This document shows, piece after piece, positions 1 to 13,039 of a DNA stretch of 54,546 bases. The DNA comes from Octopus bimaculoides. Taxonomy: Eukaryota. The notes beneath the pieces are model-generated. The model was not told where the DNA came from and ran no database searches. It saw only the letters and a list, made by a program, of their open reading frames with translations. Made by a program: the position numbers and the translations under genes. The DNA lies in assembly GCF_001194135.2 (NCBI RefSeq), contig NC_068982.1, positions 169,245,501-169,300,046 of the forward strand, in the 5' to 3' direction. Every line of letters begins with the position of its first letter. Position 1 is the first letter of the stretch.

Positions 1-33
<33 letters not shown>

Positions 34-254
34 TTTGTCCAACCCATGAAGATGAACATTAAAAGATGGAGAAACATCAGCCTTTTTTGATCAGATCAGT
101 GATTACAGACATTCCAGTTGTCATTTCCCCATGCACAATGCAATCAAGATTGCATTATTCAATATGTTCTTTTAAAAGAACATTAAGATATGACAAGGGA
201 AATTTAGCTGCTATTTCTAGTAGGTTGAGTGACTATATTAACAAAAATATACTT

Positions 255-640
255 CATCATCATTTTAGCAGCCACTTTCCCATGCTTGCTTGGGTCAGAC
301 AGAATTTGCTGAGGCAGATTTTCTACAGCCAGATACCATTCCTGTTGCCAAGCTTCACTTGTTTCCAAGCAAAGTAATGTTTCACCATGCGCAGATCATA
401 CTTTTGTGGATGATTGGAAACGGATGAATTACAATGCATGTCTGATGGTGACAGTCATTTACAACAACATGTGATGTAAAGCACAAAGTTACACAACCAC
501 ATATATACATGCATGTCTTCACAATGGACTTCTTTCAGTTTCCATCAACCAAATCCACTCGCAAGGCTTTTAATCAACCCAGAGCTATAGCAAAAGACAC
601 TTGCCCAAGATGCCACTCAGTGGGACTAAACCCAAAACTA
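255..640 (-). mobile_element. tRNA-derived SINE with RTE-type (ATG)n tail
   Basis: The head (cacttgcccaagatgccactcagtgggact) and the catcatcat...ttcccatgcttgc tail are shared with copies at about 35683-36080 and 40340-40755. Confidence 0.7.
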
Positions 641-855
641 ACTAAAAACACCAATTAGAAACAGCTGCCAAATATAGACAATACTTATTTGGTTGCTACT
701 TCTAGCAGGTTTAGTGACTATATTGGCAAAAGTATTTATACCTCCAAGAGAAATTAAAGGTAATTTGTGAATGCTGGAAAGTAAATAATATCAAAGTAAA
801 CAGTCCGAGGATTTTCATGCTTAAGTCATTCCAGTAGACTTACATTCGTTTTTTT

Positions 856-1060
856 ATCATCATCATTCAACATCCATGTTACATGCTGGCATGGATTGAA
901 TGGCTTGATAGGATCTGATGAGTCCAAGAATTGTATCATGCTCCAGTGTCTACTTCAGCATGGTTTCTGTGGCTGGATGCCTTTCCTAACTTACAGTGTG
1001 CACTAGGTACTTTTTCCATACCACCAGTACCAGTGAGGTGACCATGCAGCTTGCAAGACT
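856..1060 (-). mobile_element. Short RTE-tail retroposon fragment
   Basis: catcatcattcaacatccatgttacatgctggcatgg...ggctggatgcctttcctaac. The same tail occurs at about 20560-20760, 28076-28215 and 33345-33530 (minus) and 33968-34120 (plus). Confidence 0.7.
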
Positions 1061-2164
1061 ATGAACTGAGTGAGGAGGGGGTAACTTTATGGTAAGAGAA
1101 TAAAGAGTAGAGAAGGGTAGGGTATGAGAGAAAAGAGCCAGAACAAAACAGGTTTCTTGTGTTCTGATAATGTTTCTTTGAGTGTTGTAAATTTCAATAA
1201 TTCTATATAGTTGGTAAAATTTCTTTAAGGACTTACTGATTTTCATAACATTGACCATTCAAATATAAATTAAGATTAGTAGTAAACATATTTCAAGCCT
1301 GTTGTTACAGACCATATGATTAGTAGTCTAGCTCATCACATCATAGTGTTTCTCCTTCCATATTGCTTTGTTATTACATAAGCCCAACACCACAGATTCA
1401 TAATAGAAGGGAGGTGGAACTGTGTGATATTTCACACTTTTCTTTAGACCACCAAGGAATAAACATGAAATGAAATAGTTGCATGTGGGAAATGACTGAG
1501 ATGCAGATTTGGTTTACCAAGAATTTCACTCTACATCACTTACCACCACCAGTGTCTGAAGAATAAGAGGGTCAGACTGATGGAGGAGAAAGAGAGAGAT
1601 TGAAGTGGGAGAAAGGGATACACATAGTAGAAATAAAGACAAAGTTTTTTTTTTTTACAAAAAAGTGAGTGTAGAAGAGGGAGGAGTAGGTATAAATTGT
1701 TCATAAATGTGGAGGGTATTTAGACATGTCTGTACATATCAGTGATACTAGATAGATCATTGAGATATAGGAATACATATGAAAATACATACATACATAA
1801 AAACTCAAAAACACTTACACAGATCAACACTTAATTACATTTGTAAATAGATATCAAAGTTTTGTTTATACACATGTGAAACTCCTTTCATCTCTATCAA
1901 TACAAAGGGCAGAGGACTTTTCCTATCTCAACTACTAACACTATAATTGGATATTAAGATAATGATAAAGCATAACTACACACAAATGTACTGAAGCAAG
2001 AAATTGTCTTAAGTGTTCTTTAAATTACCCTTCGAACATTGTAAGCTCCTATACTCAACTGTACAATTTTTGTATGTTCCAACCTCTGGAACACAAATAG
2101 TATATCCCGTTTCCAAGAAAGTGACTCTGCAAACATCCAACCTATTGTCTTGACATCCAACGTC

Positions 2165-2390
2165 TAAAAATAAGATAGTTAACTGTCTTTATGTGGTTAC
2201 TCAACCTGCTAGAAATAGCAGCCAAATTTTCCTGAAATAACACCCTACCATCTTAGAAAAAAAGGACACATTATATAATGCAGTCCTACATACCCTTAAA
2301 AAGATAGGATGCTCATGAGTGTAATATTTTTGATCACAAGTATGAGCTACCAGATCAGAATGAACCTGGGGCTAAACAATAGCATCAACA
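2165..2390. repeat. Interspersed repeat family (core atttggctgctatttctagcagg; end ccaggggctaaacaa)
   Basis: The same motifs occur at about 190-235, 660-720, 5735-5940, 19235-19335, 24885-25000 and 49905-50080. The class is not determined. Confidence 0.65.
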
Positions 2391-2619
2391 TCTGAAAAGA
2401 TTGATCTCTGTTATGGTCTTTAAAGCAGATCCACAAGGAGACGTGCTCAAAGTCAAACAGTAGTTGTCACTTCCCCTATCTCCTGGATATAAAGTTTACT
2501 GGATCTATCATGGGACACTTTGAAACTTGCATTGTATTAAGTCTGATCTCAAATTCCCATATGAATATTAATGGTCTGATAGTGACATTCATTTACAACT
2601 GACACATGATGTCAATGCA

Positions 2620-2630
2620 AGGAGACACTA

Positions 2631-2664
<34 letters not shown>

Positions 2665-3072
2665 GGCTTCTTTCAGTTTCTGTCTGCCAAATCCACTCAC
2701 AAGTCTTTGGAGCTTTGGTTTTCCAAGGGTTATAGTACAAGAAACTTTCTCAATAATCCATAAAATGAGAATGAACCTGAAACTATGCAGCTGGGAAGTG
2801 AACTTCTTGACCACGCAGTCGTGCCTGCAGACAGACAGACAGATAGATAGCCTTGATGTCATGTGATAGTTGTAAAGGAGTATCACCATCATATAAGTGG
2901 AGTCTTTCTTGTAAAAACATGTCCAGGTGTGAAGAAATATTACCTTGCTTGGAAACAGATGAGGATTGGTGACAGGAAGGGCATCAGACTATAGAAAGTT
3001 TGCTTCAATGAATTCTGTCTAACCCATACAAGCATGGAAAAGTGGATGTCAAAACAATGATTATGATGACGA
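2620..3072. mobile_element. Two SINE fragments in opposite orientation (head on minus about 2620-2830 with (CA)n; 3' half on plus about 2835-3072)
   Basis: Both match the SINE family seen at 255-640 and 35683-36080. Confidence 0.6.
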
Positions 3073-3402
3073 AGTCACTCACACTTGCACAACTTCTATA
3101 AACAGAAAATGCAAAAACATCCAATGTCACCAAGATATAATCACTACACATATCCTGGAAACTTTCTGGTATGAAACTTTCCCTACATATGAACTGCAAA
3201 TAGCCCAAACTTCCAAAACACAGACACATGTCACTCACCAAATACATATTTATGCAGGTCACGCACACAAGCTGGTAGGACACATATGTGGAAAGAGAAA
3301 TCAATAGTTCAATACCACCAGACTTCAAAGTACTTTCTGGATTTTTATTAAAACGTAATTGGTATATTACGTCACTAAACATGGTCTACAAAATATTGTC
3401 AA

Positions 3403-4246
3403 TACATGGTCTGATCAATAAGTATCCGGACTGTTGCCATAGTAAGGAAGCTAAAGCATGCAGAGTGAAGCTGCTTGGCATAGATTGACCTTGAACTCTG
3501 CTGTGCATGCACATTAAGTTTTAACATTCTAGCTCACTTCTGCTATTTACAGCAGTGCTTGGAAGGAAGGTGCATAGCATGTGATAATTGCATTGACCAT
3601 GACAGAAAGTTGAGCAGAGAATCTGCATCAAATCTTGCCTAAAGCTTGGCAATACCTGCTCAGAGGCCTACACAAAGTATACAAAAAGTTTTCATTGTTC
3701 TAGACACAATCAAGGAGATCTTGAAACCAGAGTGTCTTTTTGGTTAGCTGAAAGCAGTTTTGGCACAGACTTGGCAGACATGTGTCTCATACCCAAATCT
3801 TCAGTGATAATGGACTGTAACTAATTTGCACATCCTCTGATAACTCACGGATGGTGATTCAATGGTTTCCCCTCACAGCTACATGCACATCTGTGGTGTT
3901 TTTCTGAGTTCTGTCCGTTGCGGATCTCCTAGAATGTCATCAATATTGACATTTTTTCTGCCATCTTTGAAACGTCTGAACCACTTGTGTGTGGCTCATA
4001 CACTCCTCTCCATACACTTTCAGCAAGTAGGACGACTTTCTCTGTCATGGTCAATGCGACGATCACACACTACACACCTTTCTTCCAAGCACTGCTGTAA
4101 ACAATAGAAATGAGCTAGAACATTAAAACTTAGTACGCATACACTGCAGAATTCGAAGTCAATCTTTGCCAAGTGGCTTCCTTGTGCATGCTTTAGCTTC
4201 GTTACTATGGCAACAGTCCTGATACTTATTGATCAGATCTCATCTA
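3403..4246. mobile_element. Degenerate mariner (DD34D-type) derivative made of two inverted 5' ends
   Basis: TA-flanked, with about 200-bp inverted arms (tacatggtctgatcaataagtatccggactgttgccatagtaa / ttactatggcaacagtcctgatacttattgatcaga). Plus strand reads VEQRICIKSCLKLGNTCSEAY. Minus strand reads KVYGEECMS, KWFRRFKDGRKNV, ITIRELSEDVQISY and DLGMRHMSAKSVPKLLS, typical of a mariner transposase N-terminus, with frameshifts. Confidence 0.85.
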
Positions 4247-7200
4247 TCCATGATAATGGAATCTAACTATAATTATTTTAAGCTAAAACAACAACAACAA
4301 AAAAAAAGAAAAGATATCAACAACAAAAATCAGCAAATAAAATTCGCTTATATGAACAACTTTGTATGGCATAACAGAGCCAGTACTTTTAACATTTTGA
4401 TCGTACCCTTCTCTGCTACATTAGAATTCCTATCTCAACCAGAGCATACAAATTTATTCATATTAGTGAAATATGTTTTTTATATTTTATAAACATTTCA
4501 TACTTTGAATAGGGTGCAAATAAAGGAAGTGAAAGACATGAAAAGATCACAACATCAGCCAACAAAAAAATTTATATCTATGTGATATAATGACCAACTC
4601 TATAAAACTAAACTATACATTTTTATTTATAAATAAATTTGAAAGAGAGGGGAAATAATTGATAGTTTGTTAGCTACTCACTTTTCAACTAGACTTTATT
4701 CTACATTAAGCATTTGAATGCTCTGTACAATAAATATACTGACACCTACTTATGTAGAGTAGTAATTTATGTCTTACCATAGCTATGTTTAGAATTAAAA
4801 GGTAGTTAAACTCAATGACAATTGTTAATTAAATAGTAGCCCATGAAGTATTTGTTTTTTTTTTAAGAATGTTTCAAGGGAGGTAATAATTCTTTGTATT
4901 TAGAAATCAATGCTTACATATGAATATTAGCTTTTTTCTTTTTTAATACAAGAAATTGTGTACAAATAATTTTGTTGAACAAATATTAATGATATACACG
5001 AATTAAACTTTATAGAACAAAGTTCTCTAAAACACTAGATATTTGGTGCTAAGAAAACAATATAATTCAATTTATATATTCTTTGAAGGTATATTTATTT
5101 TCCAGAACTTTATACAAATTCTCTAAATTTAAAAATCAACTGAAGACTCTAAGTTACTATCTCTATGAATTAAATTAAAAAATCTAGCATTTTAAATGAA
5201 AGAATGCCAAAATTAAAAATGTTTTTAAAAGAATATAAACAACAACCTTTTTTTTATAATATTATTCAATATTATATTTAACTAAAATTCAAGAACTGGC
5301 AGGTAACTTAAATGCTAAAAAATTTAAGCAGTTCAAATACAAATAGAAAACAAACTGAATACTAAATCAAATAACTAAAACTTGAGTTTAAGAATTTTTT
5401 TCATTATTTGCCTATAAAGCTTCGTTTTTGAAAAATATTTCACTTGCTATATGAATGATATTAAAATCCTTAAAGAGAAAAATTAGTTTCTTTGGTGAGA
5501 TATAAAGAGATTTTTTCGTTTTTTAGTTAAGATGGAAATGAAAAGCTGTGATCTTGCTCACTTTTTACAAGGGCGTTAACTGTTGGTAAAATAATTTCAA
5601 CTAAGACTTAAAACTGCATCACAAAGTCAATTTGTTTGAAACTTAACCAATTGGTTTATGGCAGCAAAAAGGCAATTTGAATATTAATAAACCAATAATA
5701 AAAACTATACCAATAAAATAAATTTGTCTAGCTTAGGTTGGGCTCTGAATGAGCAAACTTAAGATCAAAAGTATTCACCCTTGATCATGATCGTTTTCTT
5801 TATTCAGGCAACATGTTTCAAATATTACATAATCTAATGTAGTCATAGACACCTTTAAGGTAGTAGAATATATTTTCAAGGAAATTTGGCTGCTGTTTTC
5901 AGCAAGTTAATCCATCATGTAGAGCCTCCTTGTTGGTTCACTTTATCAAAGTAAACATGTTAATCAAGGGAATGGATACAATACAAAAACTAAAATCAAT
6001 AAAACAATGAAATAGGTTAATATCTAAATTTGCAAAATCTAAATGAAAAAACACAGACTGAAGAAGTTCATAACTTTCATATTAGCCCCTAGTTATTTGA
6101 TGTCATTTATAATTTGTGTTTTGAATATTAATTGTACTTTATGATGAGGCACACTGCATGTTGTACACTGTTTGATAAGAATTTTTTGTTTTTGATTTTG
6201 ATAATGTATTCATTATTTTCTGTGTAACTACTCAGATATTGGACATGCTCTACATTTTCCACTATCTATGTACTCAAATGGTTAGATCAAGTTCCTGACT
6301 TGATGCAAGAGCTTTGTTTTTACTTAAGTAGAGAGTTCGACTCATTCTCTGTCATGCATCAATGAAAATGGGCCAAAAAAAAACAAAAATGTGCCTTGAA
6401 TTACTTTCACAATATAAATGAATAAAAGTTGATTAGGCAAACCAACACTGGATAAAATTTGTCAGTGAATCCTTTAGTGACTTGAGAAGATGAAGATCAT
6501 GATTTGAGACAAACTACCAAATTTTAATGATGGATAAAGGCAGGTGTTGAACTGAATCTCCTATATGGCTCTGGTGATATGTCCATAATCTGCAAATACA
6601 GCACTTGTGATGTCTGAAGAAAATCATGGATATCCAATGGCACAACAGGAGGAGGAATGTTAGCATACTCAAGCAAACCTATTCTCCTGCATTGAAACCA
6701 TGTTTCTGCAACATCAGCTGTAATGGATTGGCCATATTGTGTGAGTAATATCTTATCAGTTGCCCAAATAACTGCTTTGTTCATGGCTGAATGAATGAAG
6801 ATGCACACAAAGTAATGAAAGCAAGCTGTTCAAAGACATACTTAAAAGCAGTTTGGAAAAGTTTGAGATCTATGTGTACAAAAATGAATTGTTGACCAAA
6901 TTGCTGACAGAGAAAAATCAGCTGTGATGAAATCCGATACTTTGAAACTTAAACCAAACATTGCAATGATAAATAAATGCAATTGCAGAAAGTGGCATGA
7001 AACAACCATTACAGCTGGTCATCTATGAAACATGAAATGCTCAGTCTACAACTGGATTCAGAGATCTGCATTGGTCTACATAGTTACACATGAATTGATA
7101 AACATAAAATCTGAAAGGCAATCATTCTTGGCTCCAAGTAACTGTCACTGACAATGAATTTGGTTTAGTAGTCAAGAGGTTTGCTTTGCAAACCATATGG

Positions 7201-9098
7201 TTTTTGGTTCAATTCTGCTACACAGCAAATTGGACAAGTGTCTTTTTCTATTGCTCCAGGTTGGTCAAACAATGTTTTGCAAGTCAAGATCCGAGTCTGA
7301 CTAATCCTATGAGATAGAGTGAATTCCAGAGAAAGGCTAATAGCAAACCACCTCTGTAAACGAGATATTTCCACAAAGCCACCAGAAATCAAATATGACC
7401 TGATGGTCTGTCCTTGCTTTTACAAATATTTTATGGTATATTAGATGTTGTCTGCATTCATTATACTGAAATTATTTTTATACTGTGTAATTTCATCTGT
7501 TAAGTTATTTGTATGGCATGTTTAAAAGAAAAGTTGTCATCTGCTAGTCATGTATTGTAAAAAAAAAAAAAAGGAGTAAAAGATTCCAGTACATTTATTA
7601 AATAAATAAATAGAAACGTGATTGTTCTTAAATCTCTCAGTGAGAGATATTCAGTAGTAGTACTTTAAAGATTATTTGCCAACCTAATATGGCAGTCCTA
7701 GTTGGAATAAATGCTACTGTTGTTTAGCCCCAGGAGACATCATCTCCAGCTAGCTATATGACACACAATCTGTGTCCTTATAGTTTTGAACAGGGGAGTT
7801 TAGCACCCCACCCACTAGTTTGTATAGTTTTCATTTAAAACTTCCAATGTTAATTATTTAAATAAAAATCAGTATAATTTTTTTTTTTTTAGTTTCTATA
7901 TAACTGAAGTGTTACTCAATAAACACTAATACTATACAAATTTAATCTAGGATATGCAGTTATGAATACAATTATTCTTAAAAATATAAAAAATGTTTAA
8001 TTCCTAGAGAAGAGAGTTATTATATTACTGAGTAGAAGACATTTAGCCATTCAAAATACAAACATGTGATCATCATCATCATCATCATCATCATCTGAAA
8101 TCTTATTTTGAAGGCTGAGAAATAGACATTTAATTTATACAATAACCACAGGTCCAACAAAAGAGAGCATTCATTTAAGCATTCTAATTGTAATGTTTTG
8201 CAGAAAGTTTGTAGAGTATTTTAAGAGAGACGGTGAATATGCAAACCAGTAAATACAAATAAATAAATAATAAAACATTTAAAATTAGCACAAACTTTGT
8301 AACGAAGGAAATGATAATTCCCTTCATTGCATAGTATATACTTATTCCAAATGACATTGAAAATCTGGGATGGGTGGAAGGTGCTGTCACAGGAATTTTA
8401 AGGGTTTGCTAAACTAGAGAATCAATGACTAAGAACTGTGATAAAGCAAAATTTAAGGTTTCTGTACATTATTTCAGTTTTTGATAATCCTCAAAATTAA
8501 ATAGAATTAAATGGTTTCAAGGAAACAGTTTTAGTTAGTTCCCTGGGTTATTGAAATTGTAAAACTAAATATTTATCAGTCATGGTGTTTCCATGGATAC
8601 CTGCCAGTAATATAATTTATCATTAATATTTCCAATGAAAAGAATGTGACACTTTCATTTGTTTTCCTAAATTCTAAAGATTCTTTTAAAAATAGCATAC
8701 ATTTCTGTTTTATTGCGACTAGTTCAAATCTCTATTAAAATTAACTAAACTGCCTTCATTTCAACCTTACTTAACTCTTACAATCCACAGGGCATTCCAT
8801 ATACTATCAATATTCCATTATATCCATACTCAATATTTCTTGTAAAGTGAAACTCTCTACTGTAAAACCTTTTTCAATTTATGTATTGAAACACTCATTC
8901 AGACAAAACTGCAATGCTCAATGTCACATTCTGCAATTGGTTTATTTTATTTTATTCATAACAGAAAATATTTTCAGTTTGTAATTCATAAAGCTTTCAG
9001 GCCACTGAAGAGATTAATATTTTATTTACAAGATTGTGTAACATTCCATAGCATTCAACTAAAACCAATAATTGAAAACATACAATTTTATCCATAAT

Positions 9099-9132
<34 letters not shown>

Positions 9133-9190
9133 NNNNNNNNNNNNNNNNNNNNNNNNNNNNNNNNNNNNNNNNNNNNNNNNNNNNNNNNNN

Positions 9191-9227
<37 letters not shown>

Positions 9228-9320
9228 GCAAGTAAAACATCTGTTTAATTATGCAAAAAAATATTTCCCATTCAACTGGTTACCATTTGTATATGTTATA
9301 ATCAAGCCATTTCGATTTTG

Positions 9321-9980
9321 GGCCTCTCAGAGGCAATGACAAGAGACCAAGACCTTTGGAGATATGCTGTGATTGAGAAGACCTGGCAAGACTTTAGTGA
9401 GATCATAGCCACGCATGTCCAGCCCTGCTAAGAATACCCTTGATGTGTTGGGCGATATCATATGCTTGAGAAGACCTGTTGGGTCAAGTAAAACCAACAT
9501 CATAGCTGTGGCCAGTGCCCACTGACTGGCTCCCATGCCAGTGGCACGTAAAAAGTACCATTCGAACATGGTTGATGCCAGGTCCGCTTGACTGGCTCCC
9601 ATGCCTGTAGCATGTAAAAAGCACCAACTGAAAGTGGCCAATGCCAGTACCCGCTGACTGGCTCTTGTGCCGGTGGTATGTAAAAAGCACTATCTGAACG
9701 TGGCCGATGCCAGTACCCAATGACTGGCCCCCATGCTGGTGGCACATAAAAAGCACTATCTAAATGTGATCGATGCCAGGCCCGCCCGACTGGCTCCTGT
9801 GCTGGTGGCATGCAAAAAACATCCACTACACTCTCAGAGTGGTTGTCATTAGGAAGGGCATCTAGTTGTAGAAATATTGCCAGATCAGATTGGAGCCTGG
9901 TGCAGCCACTGGATCTCCAGACCTCAGTCAAACCGTCCAACCCATGCCAGCATGGAAAACAGATGTTAAACAATGACGAA
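9321..9980 (+). mobile_element. RTE LINE 3' end with 66-bp tandem array in the 3'UTR
   Basis: The ORF tail SEAMTRDQDLWRYAVIEKT is followed by 66-bp units starting at 9511, 9577, 9643, 9709 and 9775, then the tail catggaaaacagatgttaaacaatgac. Confidence 0.8.
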
Positions 9981-10688
9981 ACTTATTTCATATTTACTTA
10001 GTACATCATTTGTGCAAGATGTAATATATATATATGTGTGTATGTGTGTGTTAAAGTAAGTGGCACAGTGGTATTGATAAACTACTTTACTATCTGAAAG
10101 CCAAGAGTACAGAACTATATCTTAATACCTCAGTTTAATAATTTATATTAGGAAAATAATTGATATAAAAACATTTGCTCCAACAATTTATATGTTTATA
10201 CAGAAATATCTAAATTTTTAAAACTGTCTTACTCAGGCTAGACAGAAAAAAAACTGGAAAAAAAAAAACTTAAAAGCATAGCTTCGACTTCATCTTCCTG
10301 GTGTATTTGATGTTCTGGCTTTTCTGAATTTAGCTGAACTTCATGGAGCATTGGGAGTCTTTAGATACTTCTAGTGAGCTCAGCTGCTCTAACAATAAAG
10401 TAATCACACCAAATTTAATGTTTCCTTCTTGGATTCAATGTGCTCTTCCACATTTTCTACAACTATTCATTATAAACACTTTGTAAGTTATTGCAACATC
10501 TTAATCTAACTTTCAGAGCCAATTATTACACACCCAATTAACCACGCTAAACTTAGAGCTTTCACAGTTGTTGAAAATACTGTATCCAAACTAATGATTT
10601 GTAGGTATGTGGCATTTCATAATATACTAGAAAGTATATTGAACATCTTTTAGAAGTCAATACCATGTTCTACTGTGTTAGCAGAGTC

Positions 10689-11283
10689 ACCATCATCATT
10701 TAACGTCTGTTTTCTAAGCTAGCATTGGTTGGACAGTTTGACTGAGATCTGGAAAGCCAGTGGCTGCACCAGGCTCCAAACTGATCTGGCAATGTTTCTA
10801 CATCTGAATCCTTTCCCAACACCAACCACTCTGAGAGTGTAGTGGGTGCTTTTTATGTGCCACTGGCACAGGAGCCAGTCAGGTGGGCCTGGCATCGATC
10901 ACGTTCAGACAGTGCTTTTTATGTGCCACCAGCATGGGAGCCAGTCAGAGGGCACTGGCATCAACCACATTTGGATGGTGCATTTTATGTGTCACCAGCA
11001 TGAGAGCCAGTTGAGGGCACTGGCATTGACCATGTTCGGATGATGCATTTTACATGCCACTGGAATGGGAGCCAGTTAGGGGGCACTGGCCACAGCTACG
11101 ATTTTGGTTTTAGTTGACTCAACAGGTTTTCTCAAGCATATCATATTGCCCGACGCATCAAGGATACTTTTAAATGGGCCAGACATGCAACACTGGCATC
11201 AACCATGGCTGCGATCTCACTTTAGTTGCCAGGTCTTCTCAATCACAACATATCACCAAAGATCTCGGTCCCCTGCCATTGTG
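10689..11283 (-). mobile_element. RTE LINE 3' end, inverted relative to 9321-9980
   Basis: The reverse complement reproduces the same ORF tail, tandem units and (GAT)n tail. Confidence 0.8.
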
Positions 11284-11286
11284 CTT

Positions 11287-12294
11287 TACATTATTTGTTA
11301 AGGTTATTACTACAGATATTCTATAGAAATTATAGCCAGCACTGATTTTTGCTATAACGTTTCATATACGAAAACAACATCAGATGTAACAAACAATGAG
11401 ATCGAAGATGAAAAATGGGTAATGGGCATAACGCAGTAGAACATGGTACTGACTTATAAAACCATTTGATATACTTTATAGTATATCATGATTGCATTAC
11501 GAAATACCATGTGCCTACAAATCATTAGTATTTACATACCAGCATCCAGGAATGCGTTTAATAAGTAAATTAGTATATCCAATAACTTTACACCACTATA
11601 TATAGTGGCTATTTAAGCAATGTGTTAAAAGATGATTAATGGGTTAGATGGGTGCTGCTGAAGGGGAAAAACCCCCTGAAATATGGCACCTATGACCATT
11701 ACCCATTTTTCATCTTGGGCAATAGTGGCCAATGCCAGCCCTGCCTCACTGGCACCCATGCTGGTGGCAAGTAAAAAGCGGCATTTGAGCATGGCTGATG
11801 CCAGTGCTGGTGGCACATAAAAAGTACCATTCGAGCATGGTCGATGCCAGTGCTGCTTGATTGGCTCTTGTGCCAGCGGCACATAAAAAGCACCAGTCAA
11901 TTGTGGTGAAAACCAGTGCTGCCTGACTGGCTCCCATGCTGGTGGCAAGCAAAAAGCACCATCTGAGCACAGTTGATACCAGTGCTGCCTGACTGGCTCC
12001 CGTGCCTGTGACATGAAAAAAGCACCCACTACACTTTCGGAGTGGTCGGTGTTAAGAAGGGCATCCAGCTGTAGAAACTTTGCCAGATCAGATTGGAGCG
12101 TGGTACAGCCGCTGGCTTGCCAGTCCTCAGTCAAACCGTCCAACCGATGCCAGCATGGAAAGCAGATGTTAAATAATGATGATATCATTATTTGTATGCA
12201 TCTGACATCTCGTATACAAAACATGGTAGCAAAAATGAGTGCTGGGTATAATTTGTATAGAATATCTGTAGAAATAACCTTAACAAATGATGTA
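11287..12294. mobile_element. TA-flanked long-TIR MITE (Tc1/mariner-like) with an RTE fragment inserted in its right arm
   Basis: The left arm 11287-11430 is the reverse complement of 11691-11716 joined to 12181-12294. Part of it is an exact 21-bp inverted repeat, 11405-11425 / 11696-11716. Confidence 0.75.
11717..12180 (+). mobile_element. RTE 3'UTR fragment (tandem units plus tail) nested in the MITE
   Basis: ggcacataaaaag units, then ggaagggcatccagctgtagaaac...gcatggaaagcagatgttaaataatgat. Confidence 0.8.
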
Positions 12295-12991
12295 TCTAAA
12301 GTAGTGCAAAACATCTCTCATTCAACATTTCATAGAATCTGAATGTCACATAAAAATTTTCATCTTGTAAGTGTCTGAATTTCTTAAGCATCTCAAAAGC
12401 GTGTCACTGTTTTGCAAGGAGATTTACACACAAATTTAGAAATTCATTTTATTGGCATGAGAGTTGTTCACCAACACATCTCAAACAGTGGCTTGTGGAC
12501 CCAATGACCCTCCAGTGTGCCTTTTCTAGAGCTACACTAGTGACATCTGATGAACAGGGTTGTCTAGTCTCTTGCCATATAAAGACTCTTCAGGCATTCC
12601 TGACTCACCCATTTCTCATTCGGATTGAGTTCACCTCCATTTCCTTCACAAACCACTTTACCCAGTCCTTCTAGGTTTGTATTTCTGTGGATGGTTATGC
12701 TTTTCAATCTTGTTCAATGATCCCATAAATATATAACTTAAAAAGTATCAACAGATACAGGAAATAAGCAACATCAGTAATTTATTAATTATATTTTTCC
12801 TAGAGAATAGAATTCCAGGGAACTAAAGATTGTGCAGAGTGGTTAATGCAGTTCCTGGAAGTGGGTACAATGCACTTTATAGGTGATGAAAGAAGAGACG
12901 AGTAAGCCAAGAGTGCTTGAGTGGAGGTGGCAAGAAACCAGTCAACTTTGAAGAGCAAAGGCCACTGTAACAACAGTAAGAGAGGGGGGGA

Positions 12992-13039
<48 letters not shown>

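Noticed and set aside
9511-9830. CRISPR-like regular repeats (also 14288-14599)
   Set aside because: The units are contiguous with no unique spacers, lie inside RTE 3'UTRs, have no cas genes nearby, and the context is eukaryotic.
9327-12342. Long ORFs with repeated peptides (9500-9973, 11625-12314, 12013-12342 and others)
   Set aside because: These are by-products of stop-poor tandem units in RTE 3'UTRs, with no splice or domain support.
12608-12700. Minus-strand open stretch ending at a gtgagt donor (…GGELNPNEKW)
   Set aside because: It has no pyrimidine-rich acceptor and no ferlin similarity, and may be decayed LINE sequence.
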